Below the pieces are notes generated by a model. That model ran no database searches. It was not told the DNA's origin and saw only the letters and a list, made by a program, of their open reading frames with translations. The position numbers and the translations under genes were made by a program. DNA of 63,531 nucleotides, the filler included, from Craspedostauros australis (Eukaryota), in NCBI GenBank assembly GCA_030167865.1. It is 19 parts of 19 records of this genome, joined end to end, with 100 filler letters (N's around TTAATTAATTAA, not from the genome) between each part and the next. Parts side by side here need not be neighbours in the genome. Positions count along the whole stretch, not along the records: positions 9,293 to 15,892 come from JALAGF010000743.1; positions 15,993 to 17,045 come from JALAGF010000745.1; positions 17,146 to 18,320 come from JALAGF010000746.1; positions 18,421 to 19,595 come from JALAGF010000747.1; positions 19,696 to 22,382 come from JALAGF010000748.1; positions 22,483 to 23,744 come from JALAGF010000749.1; positions 23,845 to 28,983 come from JALAGF010000750.1; 12 more parts are not named here. One strand, given 5' to 3'. Shown here piece by piece: positions 12,549 to 24,377 of this stretch; the first letter of the stretch is position 1; each line of letters starts with the position of its first letter.

Positions 12549-15500
12549 ATGATCAGGGTGAGGAGGAACATGCTGCGAAAGCAGACAGGGCAACTAAGGA
12601 TCGGACTACAGAACTTCGGAGGGTTGAGAAGCAAAGCAGGCAATGTAGATGAAGGGCTGAAGAGATGGATGAATGAAGGGGAGTTTGATATCTTTGGGCT
12701 AACGGAGGTGAATGTGGATTGGAGAACGACGACGACAGAGAACTCACTCAAAGGAAGGATACAAGAGTGGTGGCCCACGGGAACGGCAGTGGCAAGAACG
12801 GCGAACAATCAAACGAGCGAACCGATCCATGGGAAACAATGGGGAGGAGTCGCTATGATTAGCAGATTCCAGGCCGCAATTAGAATAATGGAGCAAGGAG
12901 AAGACAGCACGAGATTAGGAAGATGGGTCTGGCAACGATACCGAGGAGCACAACAACAAACACTACGAGTGGTGACGGCATACCGACCGTGCAGGCCACG
13001 AAGCAAAGGGTTCCTGAATACACACGCACAGCAACGAAGATATTTCAACGAGCGGGATAAGGACAGGGAGCCAAGGACAGCGATGATTGAGGATCTGCAG
13101 AAGGAGATAATAAAGTGGCGAAGCGATGGAGATCACATTGTAGTAATAATGGACTGCAATGAAGACACAGATTCAACCACAATGACGAGATTCAGGGCAG
13201 CCACCGGGCTTCGCAACACAATGGCGAATGCAGGCAACGACGTGCGACGGATGCCGACTCACCGCCTTGGGAAGGTACCGATCGACGGGATATTCGCAAC
13301 AGCAGCAGTGAAAGTGGAAGGGGCCGGAATGAGCAACTGGGACGAAGGAATACAGATGCGACAGGCAGATCATCGATGCCTGTGGGTAGATATAAGCATG
13401 GCGGCAGTGCTGGGACAATCGATGGCGCAGCTGAGGAAAGCAGTGACAAGAAGAGTGAAGACGGAAGACCCAAGGATAGTCGAGCGGTTCAATATAGCAT
13501 ACGCGAAGCACCTGAAAATGCACAAAGCAAAGAAGAGAGCATTCCGGCTGGAACGACAAGCAGCAACAGAATGGACTGCGGACATGGAGAAAGAAGCAGA
13601 ACGGTTGGATAGAATCCGGGTCGAAGGGATTTGGAAAGCCGACAAAGCTTGCCGAAGGCTGAGCATGGGAGGAATCCCGTATTCCAGGGAGTATAAGGTC
13701 GTCGAAGCCCGGATAGGCATGTGGAACAACATCGTCAGAAAAAGGAAAGAAGCCAACGTCTCGTCCACCACCATCGTACGGCTTGCAAAGCGAGCCCAAG
13801 AAGACAGGCAAGTGAAGGAACTAATGCGAGTGAACGATGGGGAATTGGAGAAGGAACAGCAAGCAGCGTATGAGGCATTGCGAATGTTCCGAACAAGAGC
13901 TACGAGGGCAAGAGAGAACTGGCTGGAGGGGCTAGCGACAGCAAGAGGGAGAGCGGGGTTACAACAACAATCGAACACAGATGGGAAATCTGAGAAGCAA
14001 AGACAGCAGAGGAGCGCAAAGGAGGCTACGGAGCAGCAAATACGACAGCTACGCAAGAAAGAGAGGGTGAGGGCAACGTACAAAAGGATCAGAACAGCTA
14101 CGGGAAGCAATACAGCGGCGGGTATATCAATGGTGATAGCCCCGGACGGCCAAGGGAATTGGGTAGAGCGGACGGGCAAGGAAGAAATCGAGAAGGGATG
14201 TATGGAAGAGAACAAGAGGAGGTTCAGGCAAACGGAGGAGACGCCATTCATGCATGGAGTTCTGGCGAAGGAATTCGGGTATCTGGGAGTGACTGAGGCA
14301 GCCGAGAGAACGCTGAAGGGAGACTATAAACCGAAACCATGGGTCGATGAAGGAGCACGGAAGCTACTGCAAGGGTTGAAATCAGTGGCCAACCAACAAA
14401 TCCCAGCAGGAATGACAACCGACGAATTCCAGCAAGGGTGGAAGAAGGTCAAGGAAGATACCTCCGCATGGCCATCAGGACTACACTTCGGTCACTTCAA
14501 GGCCATCGCTTACCATCGATCCAACTCGGACTTCGAAGCCAGCATGACGTCGGTGGCGATGAAGAGTGGGTACTCGTACAAGCGATGGCGTAGAGGAACC
14601 GATGTGGAGATCATGAAGAAGGCCAACAACTTTCGAGTGGACAAACTCAGAACAATTGTTCTGTTCGAAGCCGATTTCAATTTCGCGAACAAAGCCATCG
14701 GAAGGAAGGCGGCGAAGCAGGCGAAGCAACAGAAGGGCTTCGCAGAAGAACAATACGGCAGCCGGAAAAGACACCGCGCCATTGATCACGCGCTGAACAA
14801 GCAACTCACAATGGACTGGGCAAGACAAACAAGAACCCCGACCGTCCTGTGCACAAATGACCTAAAGAGCTGTTACAATAGGATCGTGCACTCGATAGCG
14901 TCGTTAGGATTGCAGCGACAAGGGATAGCGCAGTCGGAAGTGGTGTGCATGTTCAGCACACTCCAACACCTTGAGCATTACATCCGCACGGCGTATGGCG
15001 AATCCAAGCATACGTACGGAGGAAGTGGATGGGTGGTGCCTATGCAAGGTATTTACCAAGGAAATGGAGCAGGGCCTGTCATATGGGCAGTGATCTCATC
15101 GCCTATATTGGAAGTGATGAAGAAGGAAGGGCATACCGCGCGGTTTACGACAGCGGTGAGCGGCGAAGAAGTGCAGATGGTAGGATACGCATTCGTGGAT
15201 GACACGGACCTTGTGGTGAACGCACGAGAAGGAGAAGGCATACAGGAGGCAATCCAGCGCATGCAACAAAGCGTGACGAGGTGGGAAAGCCTAGCGAGGG
15301 CGACAGGAGGAGCGCTAGTCGTCGACAAATGCATGTGGTGGGCGATCGATTTCAGATGGGAAGAAGATGGATCATGGAGGTACGCAGAGGATGATGAGAA
15401 CCCTGCAAGTTTGATGATGCGCGGGACGACCGGGAAGTTGCAGAAGATGCCAAGAAGCGCGGCGAGTCAGGCATTCGAGACACTCGGCGTCAAACTCGCC

Positions 15501-15892
15501 CCGGATGGAAACGGGTCTGCGATTGAATCGACGCTGCAGGGCAAGGCCGAGAAATGGGTAGAAACGGTACGGGCATGGCGAATGAGGAAAGAGGATGCAG
15601 AAGTGGCAATGCGGACAGTATTGATGAAGAAGCTGGAATACGTCCTGCCGGTGGCGCAGCTCTCGCGAACTCAATGCGATAACGTGATGCGCCCCGTGTG
15701 GAGCACGATGATGTCAAAAATCGGATTCAATAAAGGATTCCCCAGAGCCATGGCGTACGCGTCGCACGAGTGGCTTGGGGCCAATATGCATGAGCTACAC
15801 ACGACGCAGGTGGTAGAACACGTGAAGATGGTATTGGAGCACGGAAGCAGGGACAACATGACAGGCCGGCTGCTAAGAGGCAGCATACAGGC
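12549..15892 (+). CDS. LINE ORF2: apurinic-like endonuclease + reverse transcriptase (3'-partial)
   Basis: APE motifs LQNFGG, GLTEVN, AYRP, DCNE, PIDGIF, DHR. RT motifs LRTIVLFEADFN, QYGSRK, DLKSCY, QGNGAGP, FVDDTD. Frame is open from 12438; first ATG at 12549. Confidence 0.93.
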
Positions 15893-15992
15893 NNNNNNNN
15901 NNNNNNNNNNNNNNNNNNNNNNNNNNNNNNNNNNNNTTAATTAATTAANNNNNNNNNNNNNNNNNNNNNNNNNNNNNNNNNNNNNNNNNNNN

Positions 15993-16462
15993 CGCTTGAT
16001 GCTACGGTTGAATTCTGCGGCGAGGTCGTGTCCGGTCTTCTCCGTTGGTTCGGTCTTCGTTGTCTCGAAGGGGAATCCGCTGGTGGCTGTGTCAGGCATG
16101 GCAGCCGAGGATGCGGGCGATGGCGTGAATGTTCGGGCGACATACTCCATGTACGAAGCTTGGTTGAGTTCCCGCCATGTCTCTGCAGTGGGATTAGGTT
16201 GAACACTGAACCAGCCGATGGCGTTGGTTAATTTCCGGACTGCTACTTTAGACAGTTGGGCTACGTAGTCGGGTTCTGGATCAGATCGTTCGATGGTGGC
16301 ATTGAACTCGAGCATATCGTCACGATGGAGCGAGGCGAAATCCATGATGGTTCGGATATCTTCGGTATGCAAGATAAGCCATTCAATAGACGAGCCGTCA
16401 TATCCGAGAACGCTGAGGACGTGCGCCAGGATGGGGTCGTTGATTGGGATTGCGTTGGACAT
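15993..16462 (-). CDS. Probable copia (CoDi-type) gag N-terminus, 3'-partial
   Basis: The ATG ORF runs into the gap ending AAEFNRSIK, resembling the F.K.IKRD motif I recall from diatom copia gag. Long upstream UTR. Confidence 0.55.
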
Positions 16463-17146
16463 CGTGTAGTTGAGCGTTGCGATGATGTGGTCGTTGGTCC
16501 AATTTGCTAATATTATCGGACGAGTATTTTCCCGCAGCTCCCAGGAAAGTGGTCACACTTGGAAATGACTGCGCGATTCGCTGTGATGTCGAAACGTTCG
16601 CCAGAATGTGACGGTGAATTTCTGCGCTTGTCGGAATTCGTCAGGATTGAAAGTGGTGCCGGATGGAAAGCGTCAGTGATGGCGAAGGTGTCAACGGTAT
16701 CTCGAGTGGACTGTAGTTGGGTGATCTTGGATGACTGATTGATAAAAACACCCAACGGGACCAAGCGAATTTCCCGACTGACCAAATGCGAAGACGATGA
16801 AAATGTCAGTCAGGACCGTATGAATTTCCTGGTTGGATTATTTGTTGGCGCGCGACCCGAAGTCCGATGGATGACTGGGGTGGCGAAGGTGTTGTGAACC
16901 GATGTGACGCACCAGTGATTGTGTGAACCGTAGGAATGCACAGCCAATCAGAAAGGTGGATTGAGCGCAAATGGTCGTTGTTGATGGAATGTTTGTTGGT
17001 TGTTGGTCTTGAAAAACGATGAAACGTCGCGGATGGATTGCGCGTNNNNNNNNNNNNNNNNNNNNNNNNNNNNNNNNNNNNNNNNNNNNTTAATTAATTA
17101 ANNNNNNNNNNNNNNNNNNNNNNNNNNNNNNNNNNNNNNNNNNNNA

Positions 17147-17462
17147 ACACATGAAAACGAGCAGAATTTCTGGAGGAAATTTGCAATCAACGATTTCTGA
17201 GAGTATCAGGAACATCGTCCGTCCATCCATCAAAGGAAATGCATGGCATCAAGTGAAGCTCAATGTATTTCCCAACTAAACCTCAAATGACAATATCCTC
17301 ACCAGACCATCGCATCATTGATGGAACATGGAATCAGAAGGACTGTGGAAGGTGACAGCTGACGTTGACAAGATGTCATCATGTCACCATGTCGACATCT
17401 GTCTCCACATCAGATCGAGAAGGCGAAGATTTGATGACCAAGGGACATTGAGATCGTGGATA
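17147..17462 (+). repeat. Copy of LTR family B
   Basis: Homologous to the reverse complement of 23927-24232 (e.g. ATTTCTGGAGGAAATTTGCAA, TGTCGACATCTGTCTCCA). Confidence 0.7.
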
Positions 17463-19478
17463 TGCAAGGAGGAGTTCGGATGAGATGTTGGAAACTGCAC
17501 ACAAAGTAGTAGGCCAGTAGAGGATGAGACAACTGAATACGTATCAAATACGGAGCACGTATCGAGTACNNNNNNNNNNNNNNNNNNNNNNNNNNNNNNN
17601 NNNNNNNNNNNNNNNNNNNNNNNNNNNNNNNAAAGATCACCTTGCATGCTGACTCATAGTCAGGAGACTCCAAGACAGAATTGGAATAGCAACGTAATGA
17701 ACCAGCAAACAGAATCGCAACCACCACCACCAACAACACTGTCATTCACAGTTGCAAGAGTATCCATGAGCGGAACTTGCCAACACGTTTATAAACGATA
17801 GATCAGTGCGAGCCCGCGGCTCAGATTGTGAAGTACATGACAACAAGGCCGTACCAGCGTGGCTCAGCGATGAGCCAATCATCCACGAAGTCAATCCACA
17901 TTGTGAAGTCAGCTATGAGTACTGCTTCAACGAGAATGACATCATCAATCCATCCNGCGACGCAGCTGAAATGNGAACCGAGGCCATCGATATCAAGATA
18001 GAAGCTGCCAAGAATGCAAACGACGCAGACCCCAACAAGAACGAAGACGTCTCCNACGACGAGATGAACAGCAGCGAGGAACAACAGAACGGGCATCTTC
18101 GATGAAGATAGCNGCGATGAATCAGAAAATGGATTCAACCCCGACGAGCGAGTCGCCTACCCAGCCGACGCCGCATTCGCACCGACTGCAGAGTTCAGAG
18201 GAACAAGAGTGATATACAGACTTGACATAACACCACGGGCCCCAGCAACAGCAGAGATCATGCAATGGCAGCTCATCCACGACGCTGTGATGACAGCAGG
18301 CATGCATCTGTACCCAGACGNNNNNNNNNNNNNNNNNNNNNNNNNNNNNNNNNNNNNNNNNNNNTTAATTAATTAANNNNNNNNNNNNNNNNNNNNNNNN
18401 NNNNNNNNNNNNNNNNNNNNCCCCTAAGTAATCGATTGGCTCACAGCTCTTTTTCGAAACGAGTTTACAGGGGACTTCGGTTACTTCGAAAGGGAGAGAA
18501 TTGGTTCTCAGACCATTTGATGGCCACTGTTTCTCTCTCTCCGACCAAAACCCAAAGATCTTGTGTTCGCCCGTCTCCACCGTGTGGCGGTGTGTTGATG
18601 AAACACGACCCATCCACGAAATGCACACGCCGTGGTTGTGTTACGCTACAAGTGTTATATATTATTCTATAATATGATCGTGCGAGTTGCTCCACAACAT
18701 GGCAGCCCGACCGGAAGTACTCCGCGAGTGCACACTCCATGTGCTTCGAGCAACGATGGATGGAGTATCATCGTCGCTGGAGTACCATCACCAGCAATGC
18801 TATCGACATCATCGTTCTCCTCGTCAATGAATGATCGCGGACGACACGATGTTGGCGTCACAAGCTCAACGGCCAATACGTGGAGACTCACCTTGAGAAT
18901 CATCGATCGTGAAAAGGCCAGTCGGCACCTGTCACGTGGTGTACGAGCATCGTGGACATCGAAAACAACCCACGCTGTGCCACGCTACCGATGCTGCCAC
19001 TACCAAACCAAGGCCAACGACCTGCAAAAAACGAAACAGCGCAAAGCATCATAGCACAACTCCGCTCATCTTCGTTGCAATGCAAGGCGAGGCGAGATGC
19101 GAGATGCGACGAGACGAAACACGGCAGAACACGACGAAACGAAACGAAACGAAACAGGTGTGACAACACGATGCATGACGAGACGGAACATGAGATCATG
19201 AGGGAAAGGCGTATTCTGGCAGCTCCATCCAACCATCTCTTCGAAGCTGTGTTCATAAAATGAATGAATCCTCTGTGCGAATTGGACTTCTATCGCATAC
19301 ATACTCCATTCCTCTCATATCACATCAGCGACAACTCACATCATCTCGTCACGTCCACGCGATGTGTTTCTATTCTTCATGCATCCGCAATGTACTGTCG
19401 CGGATTGCTTCAGCTTTCGGACACCACTCACACAATACCAACACACCACACGTCACAGCCAACAATCATGACGCCGAC

Positions 19479-19595
19479 ATGTCCAACATCACGAAAGACA
19501 AACTCCTTCGCGCTGCCACAAACGGGAATCTGACAATGTTGAAGGAGTGGAAGAACAACAACCCAAGAGACGATCACGGTAGCATCAAGGATGAC
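19479..19595 (+). CDS. Possible start of an ankyrin-repeat protein (partial)
   Basis: MSNITKDKLLRAATNGNLTMLKEW matches the L..AA..G....V..L ankyrin pattern. Runs into the gap. Confidence 0.35.
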
Positions 19596-20727
19596 NNNNN
19601 NNNNNNNNNNNNNNNNNNNNNNNNNNNNNNNNNNNNNNNTTAATTAATTAANNNNNNNNNNNNNNNNNNNNNNNNNNNNNNNNNNNNNNNNNNNNCCCCA
19701 TGCGCGTCAAAGCGTCGCTGTCGGCAGCGTACAACACCAAACAACGCAAGGAAAAGAAAGAGGCTGCCCTCATCAAGACGGAAACCACCACCAACCCAAC
19801 AGGCAACACAACAGCAACAGCATCTGCAATTGTGGCGACCCACGATGTGCCAGCTGAAACACAGGAGGAACGAAGAGAGGAGGAGTTGCAGAGAGAAGAA
19901 GAGGAGCTGGATCATCAGATGTGGTGTGATGCTGACACANTNAAGGCCAACACAGAAAGTGAGGCTGTGTTGGNTGATGNGACGGAAAATTGTGATGGGC
20001 ACGTACTGCCGCGATAACACTAGTTGTGGAGTTTTGTGGGTGGCAGACCATGCTACTAAAACGAGTCTAGAGGCCATCCAAAAAACACCCAAATATCTGC
20101 TTGTCATGCTATATCTCAACAACACATCGCTTAAAATTAAAACTAAGCATTGAATTCGTACACATGACTATCGGTTTATCAGAATATTGAAGGTAAATGA
20201 GTACAGAACATATTTTGGAAGTCATGTTGGTTTGCTGTGTGTTGTGTGGTGGATTCGAAAAAAAATGTTGATGCCACAATGTTGCCGTCCAATGAGCACA
20301 CATGATCATCATCATCATCGTTGTATTTCAGCAAAATGTGCATACCATTCGCTCTGCATACCCCCCAGCTACCCACTCCATGAAGGCTGGCCACAGACAT
20401 TGGCTCTGCATGCAGCAATGCAGCCACACACTGAAACAGAGCGATTGCCAAAAAACGTTTTCAATCCGGATGCGGTATGGATATGGATCCATATCTCATC
20501 CATATGATCCTTTCAGCCCCTCCAAGCACTCCTCGTGCATTCCCACACTCCATGGTGACACGCAGATGCATCCAGAATGGGCTGGGAGTGCCTGGCCGAT
20601 GTGATACACCTCCATGTGATGATGTTGTGGTGCATTTTTTGCTCCAACCGAACATGACCATTCTGCAGATATGGTCAGCTGCAGCCTCTTCCAGACAACT
20701 TCAGCAGAGCATACTTCACGACGTGCA

Positions 20728-21844
20728 TCTTCAATTGATGCCGCACGCATCTTGTATGGGTGGCTTGGCGATTGAGGGGCGTCTTCCCATCGCCCCTCAC
20801 AGCCAAAGCCACGCGACCGGTGCCGCGCGAGCCCCAACCAAAACTCCTCAGAACCACCTTTTCCTCCGCGCGGACACCTTCCCGGTGCTCCGCGAGCCTC
20901 AAACTTCGAGGGTGCCTTCTTCTTGCCCCTCTTGAGGCGTCTTGACCATCCGGAGGCGCTGTTTTGACCTGTGTGTGGCACACACAGGCCAAAACCAACG
21001 AGCCGATTTGGAGCCAAATCGTGATCGTATTTCTGGGGCCTACGACGGCCCCAAATCAACCCCTCTTCCCGCCTCCGTTCGTCCACCCACCAAACGTTGC
21101 GTGGAGCTGACGGCGATGTTCTTGGATCTTGAATTGGCCGGCTGGTTGTTGCGGCGCCAAGCATACCGTTCGACGGCCATTGTAGTATTTTTTTGGTGTT
21201 GCTCCGCTTCCATGTTGGTGTGTCAAGTTTGCCACTCTCAACCGGCCTCACATGTTGGGGGATGTGGAGATTTACCTCCAATTGTACCGACTGTCCAAAA
21301 AGACCACGACACAAAACACTCGAGGAGTACCAAACCCACTCAACCACTTCGCCACGACGAAGCACACCTGACGATGTTGCGCATCGTGATATCATTGGTG
21401 TTTCATGACGAAGTATCCAGTTTCGTGACGTCGATGACGGATTGGACAAGCACATTGTGTCATTAACGTAAACACTCATTCGCCGCTTCCCCCAATATTC
21501 TACAACTAGTGCTATCGTGGAGGGACTGTTGGATGGTCCCATCCGAACACCTGAAAAAGAGACTAAACAATTCAAAATCGGAACAAAGTTGCTGAAACAA
21601 AGAACAGCAAANNNNNNNNNNNNNNNNNNNNNNNNNNNNNNNNNNNNNNNNNNNNNNNNNNNNNNNNNNNNNNNNNNNNNNNNNNNNNNNNNNNNNNNNN
21701 NNNNNNNNNNNNNNNNNNNNNNNNNNNNGGTTAATTATTTATATGGAGATTACGAGGATTACGAATATGTGCTTTGTTTGGATATCGGAGACAAATGTTA
21801 TTGAGTCCCATGACAAAGTGCAGGTCGACTCACTGATCGGGCTC
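20728..21844. mobile_element. Second copy of the DNA-transposon-like end seen at 1-1117 (element may extend further left)
   Basis: Direct homology to 1-1117, ending CACTGATCGGGCTC. Confidence 0.7.
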
Positions 21845-22077
21845 TTATACCAACTGTGTAGCGTATGGCGGTGTCGAAACTGACGTGGAGAGAATAGGGT
21901 AGGTGGCGCAGCGGCTCCGTGCTTGGACTGGTGGACGTCATCCTTGTTGGTCGGAGTTGGCGAACGAAGAAACGGTGGAGCTGTTGTGCATTGCCACCAC
22001 ATTCTCGTCATCGTGGTGCCCGACATACACTTTTGGTCGTAGCTGTGTTCCCCAAGGTGATTCTGTTACTCTTTTAT

Positions 22078-22382
22078 GAGCCCGATCAGTGAGTCGACCT
22101 GCACTTTGTCATGGGACTCAATAACATTTGTCTCCGATATCCAAACAAAGCACATATTCGTAATCCTCGTAATCTCCATATAAATAATTAACCNNNNGAT
22201 TTTTAAGTTAGATCCTATTTTAAGTTTTATGGACCCGTCAATGTGAGCATTTTTAGACTGCTTTAGGGACTCAGCCTTTTTCCTCCGACTACATCGATCC
22301 AATTTAACCTTTTGCTGTTCTTTGTTTCAGCAACTTTGTTCCGATTTTGAATTGTTTAGTCTCTTTTTCAGGTGTTCGGATG
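22078..22382. mobile_element. Inverted copy of the same terminus (starts GAGCCCGATCAGTGAGTCGACC)
   Basis: Near-exact reverse complement of ~21540-21844 where both are sequenced. Runs into the gap. Confidence 0.75.
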
Positions 22383-22482
22383 NNNNNNNNNNNNNNNNNN
22401 NNNNNNNNNNNNNNNNNNNNNNNNNNTTAATTAATTAANNNNNNNNNNNNNNNNNNNNNNNNNNNNNNNNNNNNNNNNNNNN

Positions 22483-23744
22483 CACGAAGTATGAGGTCGT
22501 AGATCCGTCTGGAAGGCATCCATATCTGAGAATCTAGATTTCGAGTGGTGCTGTGGGTGGTAGTACCACGAGCTACGCACAATACTGTACAGTAGATTGC
22601 CCATATGTGCATAGAAAATGTCAACCTCAATCGAATCCAACCTGGCGGGCACGTACAACACACCCCAAAGTACCTGGTCACGAAGTATGAGGTCGTAGAT
22701 CCGTCTGGAAGGCATCCATATCTGAGAATCTAGATTTCGAGTGGTGCTGTGGGTGGTAGTACTACGAGCTACGCGCCATAGTGTACAGTAGATTGCCCAT
22801 ATGTGCCTATAAATGTCAACCTCAATGAAATCCAACCTGGCGGGAACTTACAACACACCCCAAAGTACCTGGTCACGAAGTATGAGGTCGTTGATCCGTC
22901 TGGAAGGCATCCATATCTGGGAATCTAGATTTCGAGTGGTGCTGTGGGTGGTAGTACTACGAGCTACGCACAATGCTGTACAAAATCTAGATTCTCAGAT
23001 ATGGATGCCTTCCAGACGGATCTACGACCTCATACTTCGTGGCCAGGTACTTTGGGGTGTGTTGTAAGTTCTCGCTGGGTTGGATTTCACTGAGGTTGAC
23101 ATTTATAGGCACATATGGGCAATCTACTGTACAGTATCGTGCGTAGCTCGTAGTACTGTCACCCACACTACATGATATCTAGATTCCCGGATATGGATGC
23201 CTTCCAGACGGATCTACGACCTCATACTTCGTGACCAGGTACTTTGGGGTGTGATGTAAGTGCGCGCTGGGTTGGATTTCATTGAGGTTGACATTTACAG
23301 GCACATATGGGCAATCTACTGTACACTACGGTGCGTAGCTCATAGTACGACCACCCACAACACCACACAAAATCTCCACATCCAGATATGGATGCCTTCC
23401 AGATGGATTGGAGACCTCATACTTCGTGACCAGGTACTTTGGGGTGTGTTGTAAGTTTCCGCCAGGCTGGATTTGATTGAGGTTGACATTTTCTATGCAC
23501 ATATGGGCAATCTACTGTACAGTATTGTGCGTAGCTCGTGGTACGACCACCCACAACACCACACAAAATCTCCACATCCAGATATGGATGCCTTGCAGAT
23601 GGATTGGAGGACTCATACTTCGTGACCGGGTACTTTGGGGTGTGTTGTAAGTTCCCGCCGGGTTGGATTTGATTGAGGTTGACATTTTCTATGCACATAT
23701 GGGCAATCTACTGTACACTATGGTGCGTAGCTCATAGTACGACC
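22483..23744. repeat. ~195-bp satellite, ~6.5 units, with orientation switch near 22982
   Basis: CACGAAGTATGAGGTCG recurs at 22483, 22679 and 22874. After ~22983 its reverse complement (CTCATACTTCGTG) recurs at about the same period. Confidence 0.92.
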
Positions 23745-23844
23745 NNNNNNNNNNNNNNNNNNNNNNNNNNNNNNNNNNNNNNNNNNNNTTAATTAATTAA
23801 NNNNNNNNNNNNNNNNNNNNNNNNNNNNNNNNNNNNNNNNNNNN

Positions 23845-23926
23845 GATCGGTGAGTCTAATTTTGGTATTATGGGAGGTGCGGCAATCTAGGATAATACGA
23901 CATAGTCGCACCCTCGATTCCTGACA
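23845..23926. mobile_element. Fragment of LTR family A (end ...CCCTCGATTCCTGACA) inserted into LTR-B
   Basis: Matches 28926-28983 directly and 25072-25116 in reverse complement. Confidence 0.7.
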
Positions 23927-24377
23927 TGTATCCATGATGCTGATCCTCTTTGGTCATCGGATCTTCGCCTCCTGCTCTGACTTGGAGACAGATGTCGACG
24001 TGGTGACACGATGACATCCTGTCGACGTCAGTAGGCGTCCTTCTGCTCTCCAGATGTCACGTTCCATTGGTGATGCAGCAGTCTGTCGGATGATATCGTC
24101 ATCTGAGGTTTAGTTGGGAAGTACCTTGAGATTCTCTTGGTACCATTGATGGATGGACGGACGATCTTCTAATTCTCTCAGAAATCGTTATTTGCAAATT
24201 TCCTCCAGAAATCTTGCTCTTTTTCGTGTGTTCCATTTCCGCTGTAATTCTGACGAATCACAGCATACTATCGACACGAATGTAGTTATACCGTCCAAAT
24301 GCGTATGAGAGAATAGCAGGTGAACGATGCACATATACACGTACATCTCGACATATACTCACATGTACATCTCGACA
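23927..24377 (-). mobile_element. LTR family B (terminus TGTCGAGATG on minus strand) interrupting the copia RT
   Basis: RT homology stops exactly at a TG terminus at 24377. A second copy lies at 17147-17462. Confidence 0.65.

Larger units (their letters stand above)
9293..15892 (+). mobile_element. Non-LTR retrotransposon (Ambal-like LINE), 3' end cut by contig boundary
   Basis: Two long tandem ORFs (ORF1, then APE-RT ORF2) on a strongly purine-rich coding strand. Confidence 0.9.

Noticed and set aside
20496..21575. 359-aa minus-strand ORF in the transposon end
   Set aside because: It has no recognisable motifs, and I found no equivalent ORF in the gapped homologous copy at 1-1117.
22483..23744. 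CRISPR-like array
   Set aside because: The whole 195-bp unit repeats, with no unique spacers, no cas genes and a eukaryotic context.
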